NCBI RefSeq assembly: GCF_963921235.1
Contig: NC_086097.1
Span: 127,970,001-128,034,000 of the forward strand
DNA from: Mobula hypostoma
Lineage: Eukaryota
Length of the DNA: 64,000 nucleotides
Direction of reading: 5' to 3'
A program made the translations under genes and the position numbers. Positions 52,775-64,000 of this stretch are shown piece by piece. Each line of letters begins with the position of its first letter. Position 1 is the stretch's first letter. The notes below the pieces were generated by a model. The model saw nothing but the letters and a program-made list of their open reading frames with translations, did no database searches and was not told where the DNA came from.

Positions 52775-54006
52775 ACTTCAGTTCAGCATTCAACACAATC
52801 ATTCCTCAGCGCCTGATTGGAAAGCTGAAACTGCTGGCCCTGAACACCATCTCTGCAACTGGATCCTAGACTTCCTGACTGGGAGACCTCAGTCAGTCTG
52901 GATCGGGAGCAGCATCTCCAACACCATCACACTGTGCATGGGGGCCACCCAGGGCTGTGTGCTCAGTCCACCGCTAATCACTCTGCTGACCCACGACTGT
53001 GCAGCAATACACAGGTTGAACCACATCATCAAGTTCGCCAATGACACGACCGTGGTGAGTCTCATCAGCAAGAACGACAAGTCAGCATACAGGGAGGAGG
53101 TGCAGCGGCTAATGGACTGGTGCAGAGCCAACAACCTGTCTCCGAATGTGAACAAAACAGAAGACATGGTTGATGACTTCAAGAGAGCACGGAGCAACCA
53201 CTCTCCGCTGAACATTGACGGCTCCTCCGTTGAGATCGTTAAGAGTATCAAATTTCTTGGTGTTTACCTGGTGGAGAATCTCACCTGGTCCCTCAACACC
53301 AGCTCCATAGCAAAGAAAGATCAGCAGCATCTCTACTTTCTGTGAAGGCTAAGAAAAGTCCATCTCCCACCCCCCATCCTCACCACATTCTACAGAGGTT
53401 GTACTGAGAGCATCCTGAGCAGCTGCATCACTGCCTGGTTCGGAAATTGCCCCGTCTCAGATCGCAAGATCCTGTAGCGGATAGTGAGGTCAGCTGAGAA
53501 GATCATCGGGGTCTCTCTTCCCACCATTACAGACATTTACACCACACGGTGCACCCGTAAAGCCAACAGCATTGTGAAGGACCCCACGCACCCCTCATAC
53601 AAACTCATCTCCCTCCTGCCATCTGGCAAAAGGCACCCAAGCATTCGGGCTGTCACGATCAGACTATGTAACAGTTTCTTCCCCCAAGCCATCAGACTCT
53701 TCAATACCCAGAGCCTGGACTGACATCTACCTCATTTATTATTATATTGTAATTTGCCCTCTACTGTACCTATCATCTTGTTTATTATTAATTGTACTGC
53801 CCTGAACCATTTTGTGCACTTTATGTAGTCCCGTGTAGGTCTGTAGTCTAGTGTAGTTTTTGTGTTGTCTTATGTAGTCTAGTGTAGCCTTGTGTTATCT
53901 CATGTAGCACCATGGTCCTGGAGGAACGTTGTTTCATTTTTACTGTGTACAATACCAGTAGTTTATGGTCGAAATGACAATAAAAAGTGACTTGACTTGA
54001 CTTGAC
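52775..54006 (+). mobile_element. 5'-truncated Rex1/Babar-like LINE
   Basis: [32 protein letters not shown] and a (TGACT)n tail. Confidence 0.9.
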
Positions 54007-54376
54007 CTGATTTGTTGATCATAATCATTTAGTGACTTTTTCAGGTTGGCCTGGTTATAAATCCCCCAAAATTATGGTGAAGGCATCAGGGTGTGCTGTT
54101 TTGTGCATATTGATCACATTGCTCAGATCATCTAGAGCCTGTTTCACATTGGCCTAAGCTGGAATGTACACCACTACCAAAATGATCACAGAAATATCCC
54201 GTGGCCGGTAAAATCGCACTTTAATGTCTACCAGTTTAACTCTCCGTCATCTGTTTTGGTACTTCTTGATCCTATGGCTGACGACCTAAACATATCTAAC
54301 TGTGGGTGGTATTTAAAAAAAAAACTCACTCCTTTAGGCTGCAGAAGTCAATGACCACACAATGAGTCACAAACGT

Positions 54377-54394
54377 ATTCTGGATGAGCCCCCA
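54377..54394 (-). promoter_or_regulatory. tRNA-Pro primer-binding site of the ERV
   Basis: Minus strand TGGGGGCTCATCCAGAAT matches the Pro PBS TGGGGGCTCGTCCGGGAT at 15/18 and lies 2 nt after the LTR end ...AACA. Confidence 0.85.
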
Positions 54395-54396
54395 GA

Positions 54397-55861
54397 TGTT
54401 AGGACTGTGATCGAAGTCACCGGACAGACACTGAAGCTGGTGGTATAGAAGACTTTATTCATCACAACAACCAGATATTCTCATGGAGACACTCTTGGTA
54501 GAGGCTCACAAACCCAAAGGTACTTCACATTTTTATACCCTTCAGATCAAAGGTAACAGTAGGTGATTCAGTACAATTTCAACAGCTACAATGACATTGT
54601 TTACTTTAATACTTTGGGTTGACAAATGGTTCCTTTGAAGTACATATTTACAATGGAATCACATTGTCATGAATATTCAATTGCCTTTGCTGGAAGGAAG
54701 ACTAATTTACACAAATATTCTAAAAACTTCTGAAGACAGAGAACCAGGCATCAGAGTACACAATAGGTCAGTATCAACTGCAACTGTACCTGTGACCATG
54801 TTTGATTTGTTAAATGAGAACATGAGCCTGGTCTGCCAAATTGGTTTAATGGAAGCCAATTAACACAACATCATTGTCTTAATGTTTGGTTGTTGCATAT
54901 GCAATCTCTTAGGCTACGTCCACACTACGCCGGATAATTTTGAAAACAAAGCATTTTCTCTTCATTTTGACCTTCCGTCCACACTGAAACGGCGTTTTCA
55001 GCCGCCAAAAATGGAGATTTTCAGAAACTGTCTCCAGGGTGAATGAATCTGAAAACGCCTAATATCTGTTGCAGTGTATATGGGGTAACCGGAGCTTTTT
55101 AAAACCGCTGTCATGACGTGCCACAGCAGATGGCAGCAGCACGGCATTTCATTGTTTTATTATTATTATTATTACTTTATTGTCACCAAACAATTGATAC
55201 TAGTGTGTACAATCATCACGGCGATATTTGATTCTGCGCTTCGCAGAACCTAACAGTTTCAGAACAGACGTCACCGAGACTGAAGCCAGAAGAGTTAGAA
55301 ATGTACTCACCAAATACTTTGACCCATAGCTTACTGAATAAATAAGTATACTCACTTTGCCCTGTTTTCTGTCCTTGCTTGTATGAAGGTAAGGACAGAA
55401 AACCCCTCCGCCACCTCCAGTTTAAATTCCATGCAGAATATTTTGGAGGATCAAGAACCAAGAACCAAGAACCAAGGTGGTTTACCTATTTATGCAAGTG
55501 CTTCTCTGACAATAGATGTGTAACAGCCTAATGTAACATTGTATGGAAATACAAGATAACACTGATGCAGACATGTTTTTATACATTTAACAAGGTACTT
55601 TATTAATGCAACAGAGTTAGTCAGTTTTTCAATGTTCGTCGTCAGCCGGGACATACTGTTCGTGAATTCCAGCATAGTGTGGACGTAGCCTTAGTCTGTG
55701 GGTCAGTTTAACTTCAATTTACTGCATGCAATTTACAACAAGAACTGAATGCTATCTGCAAGCTTCTTGAACCTATTTACATTTACAGTAAGAACTGAAT
55801 ATGCCTTTTGCTTGAATTAATACCTGCTATAATTTAATCACTCCAGAAATACTCTCTAACA
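54397..55861 (-). repeat. ERV 5' LTR (about 680 bp once the Harbinger insertion is removed)
   Basis: TGTTAG...CTAACA termini; homologous to 42634-43362. Confidence 0.85.
54912..55690. mobile_element. Non-autonomous PIF/Harbinger DNA transposon
   Basis: Perfect 16-bp TIR GGCTACGTCCACACTA and TTA TSD. The empty site is visible in the other LTR at about 43200. Confidence 0.9.
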
Positions 55862-56899
55862 GGGGCTATAGAGTCAAGATAAGGGGTTAGCTATTTAAAA
55901 CTAAGAGATGGAGAAATGACTTTGCTCTGAGGATTGTAAATCCTTGGAATTCCGTCTCATCGAGCTGCAGATCCTCAGTTGTTGGGCAATATTGAAGGCT
56001 GACCTTAATCAGCTATAAGACATAAAGGGAATGGCAGGATGCAGTGATTGGGTTGGAAATTGATGTAATGTCAGGATATCTCTCTCTACAGGTGCTGCCT
56101 AACCTGCTGAGCATTTCCAACATTCTCTGTGTTTATTTGAGATACCTGGCCTCTACAGTTTTCAGTTTTGCTTTTGAATGTTATCTGTGACTTCGATTTG
56201 AACCTGTTTGGAGGAAAAGATGGAGAGGTAAAGGCATTTGTATTATTCTGGGGTTAGGCTTGAAGGTAAGTTGCCTGGACAGTGGATTCAAGTACTTGAA
56301 TGAAAAAAAGGTTAAAAATGGACTGAAAGTTTCTGCAAAGCCAAGAGGTTGATCTGGGCTCTTCTGAGGATAAATCCTATGAAGTATTGTGAATGATAGC
56401 TTTGAAAGGAAGGATAACATTCTCTAATCCAGGCTAATATTGATGTCAGCAAACATGGTACTAATAAAGGGATTGGCAGCTGGAGAATGTGGTTGTAATT
56501 GAGGAGCATCAGTGAGCTTAGTTTGGAAGTGATGTGAGCCCCTGAACATTTAAAAACTATTAAATAATTTTAAATTGCTAAAATAAAGTAAATTAACAAT
56601 TTAAATAATCACAAATCACTTCGCATTTCACAAATATTTTCCCTTTCTGACTTGCTTTCCTGCAACCTTCATAGGGGTCATTGTGAGGGGATAAAGCCAA
56701 ATCTTTATTCCCTCCCCCACCCCCGGGGTTATATTGGACACAAAATATACATACTCAATAACGCTTCTCAAAGTACCTGCCCATCCCTGGCCACCACCAA
56801 GACTGCTGGAGAGTTGTGATCATATTTTGCCTTTCCTGAAGCATCCCTTGTGATATACCTTTAGCAGTATCTGCCTAGTACATGCTGGGGCTACAGCCG

Positions 56900-57340
56900 A
56901 TAGGTGAAACCAGGTGAGTGGGAAGGGAGAAATCCATGTTCGCACCATCAGGTTGGAGGCTGTCCAGATGGAATATGAGGTGTTGTTACTCCACCATGAG
57001 AGTGGCCTTCTGGTAAAACTATCTATTACCTTCCCTCATCTTCTATTCCCCTCTGGCTTTTTACCTCTCCTCTTCGCCTGCCTATCACCTCCCTCTGGTG
57101 CCCCTCCTTCTTCCGTTTCTCCCACGGTCCACTCTCCTCTCCTATCAGATTCCTTCTTCTCCAGCCCTTTATCTTTCCCTCCTACATGACTCCTCTTCTA
57201 TCATCTTCTCCCCAGCTTTTGATTCTGGTGTCTTCTCTCTTCCAGTTCTGAAGAAGGGTCTCAACCCAAAACGTAGACTATTCATTCATTTCCGTAAATG
57301 CTGCCCAGTTCCTCCAGCATTTTGTGTGTGTTGCTCTGGA
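56900..57340 (+). mobile_element. Degenerate PLE remnant with a decayed hammerhead
   Basis: Short inverted 5' part and pyrimidine-rich UTR. CTGAAGA-agggtctcaaccc-AAAA-cgtagac lies at about 57248-57278. Confidence 0.65.
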
Positions 57341-58594
57341 TTTTATGATGAAAGAACAGACTCTTTAGTGTCAATGGTGAGGAATCTCAATAAAGTCCTA
57401 CTCCACCACCAGATTTCCCAGAGAAAATAATGGGAGACCTCAGCCTAGTAATGGTGGATTTTAGCTGTGCCTTCAGGGATGTGCAGAATTGTAACAATGA
57501 CCCAAAAAACTCTAAGTCATGATGTTCAGTGCAGATTAATTTCACACTGTACTTGACAGGATAACATTTGATTAGGATTATAGAATTGAAACACCATATA
57601 TCCCATCAAGTCTGTGCTCACTCTTTGGGTGAGTCTATTGATCTTTTGGTGATGAGGGGGAGGGCAGTTTTGCCAGGACCTGCCCCCCCCCGCTTTTTTT
57701 TTGTTGCCTTCATCAGCTTGCTTCATCTGTATCGGTGAAGGATATGAAGTGAGTAATCCAATTCCATTTGAAACAGGATTAAGTCGCACTAGAGAAAAAT
57801 AATGGAATGCTGATGGTGTTGAAGTAAGTGGAAAGAGGTTGGTCTGGATCATAAATAATGGTATAAGCCAATTGAGTTACCTGGTCTGTTTCAACATTAT
57901 CCATTTTAATTAACAGCATTTTTTTCGTAAATCATTAATAACAAGAAAAATGAAGCAAGACAGAGTTTATGCCGCAGATCAACCATTTGGAGTAGGTTAC
58001 GGAAGTTAGTGGGCTACAGATGCTCCTATGTCAATCAGCTAATTTCATTCTGTTCATGTGACAGTTCTTGCTCATAGTAATTTCTAAATTTTGAATCCAA
58101 ATTTCAGCTTGGAATGAGAATCAAATTGTCTGGCCTTGAACAAGAGGACAAATAGCACTTTATACGGTGTTTCTGTTGACAGTCTATGAACAACGCTACA
58201 GTTTGGCTCCCCTTGGCCAATGGTATGCTGGTCAAAAATACTTAAAAAACAAGTTCATTACCATAACAGGTTATTTACATACAAGGAATATAAAATAAGA
58301 AATGCCTTTATGATGTTTCTGAAATAATCCGAATTATTCACAAATGTGAACTTCTCATCTTAAACCTATGGTCTCCGCTTCTTGATCTACAGCCTGGGAA
58401 AAAGATAGTGTGTGTCCACCCTGTCTAGGCCTCTCATGACTTTATACACCTCTTTAAGATCACCCCTCATTCTCTTATTCTCCAACAAATAAAGTACCAG
58501 CCTTCTCAATCCTGCCCCATAACTCATTTCCTCATGTGCTGATACCATTCTCGTAAATCTCCTTAGTGTTCTTTCCAGCTTAATGGCATTTTGT

Positions 58595-59390
58595 ATTCAG
58601 ATTCAGATTCATTTATTTATCACATGTATATCAAATGTGTCATTTGCTTTAAAAACCAACATAACCTAGAGACGTGTTTGGGGCAGTGATCAAGTGTCAC
58701 TACACAATCGGTAGCAGTGTAGTATGCTCACTGTGTTCATCAGAACACCACAAGACCACAATAACAACAACACAACAACAAAACAGCAACATTAAAACAA
58801 GGCCCTTTTGCATCCTCCCACCCACTCACACACACAGAAAGGCCTCCAACCACGGGACAGTCCACCTCTGGGCCTCTGATCACCAGGCCTTGGCCCCGGA
58901 CTATCCAACTTGCAGACATTGGGCCTCCATCACAGTGACTTTGGTCTTTAACCTTTACCAGTACTTGCTAATCGCGTGATTTTGACCCTGGGTCTCAACC
59001 TCTGGACTCGCACTGTCATTCACCGTGGGACTCACTGATCTTGGAGGGGGCACTGGCATTCGTGCCTCATGCATACGTGGCTCTCCAACCCTGGAAACTG
59101 TTGATCTGCTAGTCACCAGCCCTCACCCACAGGGCCCCTGTTGACTTCAGTCATTGACCATGGGGATTGTTGATCTTTGTCCTCAGCACCTTTTGTCCAC
59201 GGGGATCACAGGGCTTCAACTGCGGAGAGCTCTGACCTGGACTTCAATCACTGGCTCCTGCCCCTGCCCTCTAACTCCCCACCATCCCTGTCCCATAATT
59301 CTCTGCACTATTCCCCAAATTCACCCCAAATGAACCCAACAGACAACTTTACGGACATTGGAGCTTGATGCCAACTTCACCAGAAGTTAG
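58595..59390 (-). mobile_element. Non-coding retroposon-like repeat with a (TGAATC)n tail
   Basis: ATTCAGATTCAGATTCATTTATTTATCAC tail on the plus strand and a GC-richer body. Confidence 0.45.
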
Positions 59391-59689
59391 GTGTATTGTG
59401 TACCATGGGGAATGGGAAAGATAATTTCCTTCATTGGGTTTGACATTAGTTTTAGTCATTCTGATGATTCGTCGCTGTACTACCCTTACCTGCACACTTT
59501 CCGTCTAATTTCTCCCTAAGTATATTTTTTGGAATGGCAAGACCATGATTTACTCTGTATTCTTAGTTGCCTTTGAGAATGTGCTGGTAAACTTATTTCA
59601 TGAACACTACAAGTCATCTGGTGACGGCACTCCCTCTGTGCTGTTGGAATTAGAGTTCTAGGATTTAGATGAAGGATTTGGCTCCAGTG

Positions 59690-60780
59690 AAGATGCAGGA
59701 TGAATGGATATATTCCCAAACAACAAAAAAAAAAGAAAACTTCTGGGGGATTCAACAGGTCGGCGAGTACTTGTGGAGGGAAATAGTCAATATTTTGGCT
59801 CATGATCCTTCATCTAAACTGAAAGATAGAGGTGAGATAGCATTATAAAAAGTTGAGGGGAGGGATGCAGCAAGAGCTGGCAAGTGATAGGTGGATCCAG
59901 GTGAGGAAGGGTGCGAGGCAGATGGAGCAGGGAAGAGTGGAAATAATGAGAGAAGCTGGGGGGTGATTGGTTAGAGGCAACAAACGTCTGCAGATGTTGG
60001 AATATGATAGGTGGAGCATAGAAGCAAATAAGGTGGGGTGGGCAGATGATAAGAGTGGGGGAGGAGCTGGGGACCTAATAGGAGAGGTTGTGGGTAATGG
60101 GCAACTGGAGTAAATGGGGAAGGGAAAAGAAACTGTGCGATCGGTGAAGGAGTGTAGGTGTTGGGTGTGTGTATGAGGAACTGGGTAGATCAGGAGGAGA
60201 GAGAAATGGTATCAAAGGGTAGCAGAGTGGTGTGGGACTTAGAGGGGTACCACAGTGGGGTAATATTTGATTGACCTTGCTGCCTTTGTCTATTCTGGGG
60301 GTTTTCAGAGTTACTAAGACAAGTAAAAGCAGTGCATTTTACAGATGGTACACATTGTGTGTTAGTGGTAGAGAGAATGAATGTTTAGAGTGTTTGATGT
60401 GGTGCCCATCGTATGAGCTGATTTAGACACTCAAAAGGTAGTGAGGCTGGAGGCTGGAGCAACACAGAAGATGCTGGAGGAACTCAACAGGGAAATAGAG
60501 AGTCAACATTTTTGATTGAGAACCTTCACCTTGACTGAAAGGTAGTGGGGAGGTGCCCAGCATAAAGAGATGGGGAGAAGGAGTGGAGCAAGAGCTGACA
60601 GGTAATCCATATGAGGGAGCTGGTAAGCAGGTGGGTGGGGAAGAGCGGGAAATGGCATCTGAAGCTGGGAGGTGATGAGTGGAAGTAACAGAGTGTTGAA
60701 GATATTGGAACCTGATAGAAGAGGAGGGTGAAGCAGGGACTAAAGGGAAGGAAGTGGGGATGGGAACTAATGGAGGGGAG
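59690..60780 (-). repeat. Two degenerate PLE pseudo-LTR remnants (about 59690-60200 and 60445-60780)
   Basis: Purine-rich tracts and GCTGGAGGAACTCA-type heads, homologous to the PLE ends elsewhere in the window. Confidence 0.55.
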
Positions 60781-62859
60781 GGATGCTGCTTTGCTGTAGA
60801 TAATCCTGCATTTCTTGAGACATGAAAAATGCACTCATTCAGGCAAGTGAAGAGTTTCGACCACAATCACACTTCTGCATTTTTTGCTGGTGGGAAGAAT
60901 TTTAATGGATCCATATCAAATTCTTGCATGCTTTTCACTGAACAGAGTACTGGTTAGTGAATTTTCTTCCAGGAAAACCAAATAGAATGCAGTTCAGTTT
61001 CAACATAAGTGACGCAATTTTCTTTGGGAATATAATCAGGAATTTATGCACCACTTGCCAATATTGAATTTGAACCAACTTTACTGCTAAATTCATTAAT
61101 AAACACTGGGTCTTATAAAATGATATTAAAGGTCAGTTATGCAAAAAGTCTATTGGCATCTATTTTTTCATTCATGCAACCAATTAGCTTCACATTTCAT
61201 TGCCAAAGGGTTTGAAGTTTTTGTAAGACATTAACGGATGCATTCAAAGAAGTAGAAAAGCAGTGTAAATCTGAGAAAAGTTACATAAAATGAAATATTC
61301 AAAAAAATAACATTCTGGAATATTTTGGCAAACCTAAACTTTATTTGTGTATAAATTGGCCAACAAGTAACAAAAAAGAAAGTAAGTTATTTTACAGTCT
61401 AGAATTAGTTTTGGAAAGTTATCACATTAAATGTGCACATTATTATTAGTTTGAGTGTAATGAGCACAACGATTTGATTACAGAATTCACATGATATTAC
61501 TCTTCCCCACCTCCTGCTACAACTTGTGGGGAAAGCGTTATATGTACCCTGTGAACTTTGAATCACCGAATGATATGCAACATCCACATTAATGGGATGA
61601 AAACGGCTTCTTATCCTTAACTTCTCTATCTGCTGCAAGGGTTCATGAATTAACCTACTAAATTTGCCACTACAAGTTAAATCTATTAACTAATAACATC
61701 AGCACTATTTGAAAAACCCCTCTAATCCAGGAAGTAGACAATCACAAGTGTTCATTTGCCTTATTTCAGGCTATGAGCTATCTTAAAAGTTTTAAAATTT
61801 AAAATAAGAAAACAGCACTCGGTGTAATAGAGAGCAGGTCAGGAAACAGGAATGTTAGCTCTATTTCTCTTCCCACAGCCTAACCTCCTGAGTATTTCCA
61901 GCATTTTTTTTTTGTTTTTATTTTAGATTTTGGGCACTTGGTTTTTTATTTGTTTCTGAAGTTTCCTTTAGAATCATAGAATAAAAATCACGTAGTAACA
62001 TAACATAAAAACAGGCCCTTTAGTCCAATTGGTATGCTGGTCAGGTTGCCTACCTGGGCTATTCCCATTCGCCTGCATATTGCTCACATTCCTAAAAGCC
62101 ATTCCTATCCATGAAACTGCACAAATTCTTTATAAAAATTACAATTTTATCAGCCTTTATCACCTCCTCTGGCAGGTTGAACCATATAACCACTATCCTT
62201 CTGTGTGGAAAAACCTGGCCCTCAGGTTCCCTTTATAAATTTTTCCCTCTCACCTTAAACCTTTGCCCTTTGGGTTTCAGCTCCTTTGAGCTCAATTTTA
62301 TGCCCATCTTGAACCAGGAAATATTCATGTGTGCAACATTATTTCTGCTTTGGAGATAGCAATCAAAAGCCAGAAATAAGAAATAATAAAATTAGTCATC
62401 CTCGTGCATTATTAATATGTCTGAATTTCCTCACAAGGGATTTCTGCCTCATCATGGCAGCATGACTTCAATTTAGCATTATGCTGAATTGATGATGTGA
62501 TAAGATAACTAATTTGATAGATAACTATTTGGAATTCTTTGAGTATTTCCAATAGATCTTTTCCAAGTTATTTGGGAAGGAGAAACTCTCTTGACATCAT
62601 GTTCTTAGTGCAATTAGTCATTTCATATGAGCTTGTTGGTGGAGAGTTAACCTGCTTATCTAGTGACAGCATGGAAGACCAGAGAGAGACAGAGAGCAAA
62701 ACTATATGTTCTAAACTTGACATGTCACCAAGTATCAGTGATTTATGACAGCTTGCAAACATTCAAACAATATTTCAGCTTAATCTCTCTGCATCTCTGG
62801 TTCTTAACAGAGTAAGTTCATAAACAGTGTGAGAGTGTTCAGATCCAGATGTTGTGGTC

Positions 62860-63190
62860 CACATTGATATGAGGTAGAAAGAACAAGCTTATGCTAGGCA
62901 AATCACAAAGAGGTGAAAAAGCAGGATCGTACGTTATTTCAGAACTATTCCCAGTACCACATGCCAACAATTGCAGAATGAGGAGGACAGAGCAAATGAG
63001 TGTATGGCTCGAGAGATGGTGCAAGAGAGAGGTCCTTTCAATTTCTGACACACTGGGACTATTTCAGAGATGGGACGTCCTACTCAAGTTGAACTAGTTA
63101 CTCTTCAACAGCACTGGTCCAATATCCTCACAAGGGTGTTTGAGAGTGCTTTTGGGAAAGGTTTTAAGTAGATTGCAAGGACACAGGAAC
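62860..63190 (+). mobile_element. CR1 ORF1 esterase-like remnant
   Basis: VISELFPVPHAN...QMSVWLERWCKRE resembles the SGNH-like domain of CR1 ORF1. Confidence 0.55.
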
Positions 63191-63399
63191 CAGGGAGAGA
63201 AAAAGAGCTGGAAGTGGAAGTTAGAAATGTAGTAAAACAAACAAAACCAGTAAGTGGAGTCAGAGTGTGGAAAATGGTAAAAATCCAAATTTAAGGGCCT
63301 TTTACAACAATGGCATCCACTAATCATGTGGCAACTTGTAAAGAACAATCCTTTTGACAGCTCCAATCTAGTTCATTACTGCCCAAGAATGCATCTTAT

Positions 63400-63900
63400 C
63401 AGGATTTATTACGGCTTGTTGCCCCTGACTGCAAACAACTGCAGAGAGTTATGGACACAGCTCAGCACATACAGAAACCAACCTTTCCTCCATGGACTCT
63501 GTCTGTACTTCTTGCTGCCTCAGCAAAACAGCCAGCATAATCAATGATCTAATCCATATTGGAGATCCTTCCTTATCCCTTCTCCCATTGGGGAGAAGAT
63601 ACAAAAGCCCAAAATCCTAAGCCACCAGGCTCAAGAACAGATTCTACACTGTTGTAACACTATTGAATAGATCCTTGGTATGATAAGATAGACTCTTGAC
63701 TTCACAATCTACTCATTTTGACTTGGACCTTATTATCTGCTTACACTACAATTTCTCTGTAGCTGATAAACTTCGTTCTGCATTCTGTTGTTTTAAACTT
63801 CTACTACCTCAATGTACTGTGTAAGGAATTGATTTGTAAGAAAGCTTTTCTCTGTGCATTGGAACAATCAGCAATAGTAAACCAATTCCAATTCCAATCT
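63400..63900 (+). mobile_element. Degenerate Rex1/Babar-like 3' remnant
   Basis: KQLQRVMDTAQHI...LPLGRRYKS...TRLKN-like coding remnant and an AAACCAATTCCAATTCCAAT tail. Confidence 0.6.
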
Positions 63901-64000
63901 TCAGCAACATCGTTGAAGTTGTCATTGACAGTACAATCCAGTGGCACTTACTCACCTATATCATGCTCACCAAAGAGCTGCACTCCAGAGTTGAGGCCTG

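Larger units (their letters stand above)
48760..54225 (-). mobile_element. Degenerate Rex1/Babar-like LINE inserted between the ERV leader and gag; hosts further insertions
   Basis: 3' UTR at 48760-49000, RT pieces (50854-51135), FPNQKPW (52324-52563) and an endonuclease piece (VYIP...GDYNQANL, about 54030-54220). Confidence 0.75.
42634..55861 (-). mobile_element. Endogenous retrovirus provirus, internally deleted and heavily nested
   Basis: Same-orientation LTR pair, GGGGC TSD (42629-42633 and 55862-55866), tRNA-Pro PBS, and gag/RT/integrase motif remnants. Confidence 0.85.

Noticed and set aside
42877..54863. Two similar plus-strand ORFs (42877-43185 and 54669-54863) that look like paralogous small genes
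   Set aside because: They are chance frames within the two ERV LTRs, with indels between the copies.
1..64000. CRISPR arrays, operons, rRNA or other prokaryotic systems
   Set aside because: None seen; the sequence is vertebrate-type repeat-rich DNA.

Overview
Eukaryotic, repeat-dominated window with no host gene I can recognise; it is probably intronic or intergenic. The mix of CR1, Rex1/Babar-like and RTE LINEs, HE1-like tRNA SINEs and Penelope-like elements (PLEs) suggests a cartilaginous fish such as a ray or shark (inference). Nearly all long ORFs are transposon-derived or antisense shadows of LINEs. The main structures not shown by the ORF track are four. (1) A 13.2-kb, minus-strand, internally deleted endogenous retrovirus at 42634-55861, with paired LTRs, a 5-bp GGGGC target-site duplication (TSD), a tRNA-Pro primer-binding site (PBS) and gag/RT/integrase remnants, buried under many nested insertions. 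(2) PLEs and tiny palindromic PLE derivatives that carry minimal hammerhead ribozyme motifs. (3) A deleted hAT transposon with a perfect 8-bp TSD. (4) Two Ty3/gypsy elements and two young CR1 copies. All boundaries and identities were read by eye, and ends of degenerate repeats are approximate.
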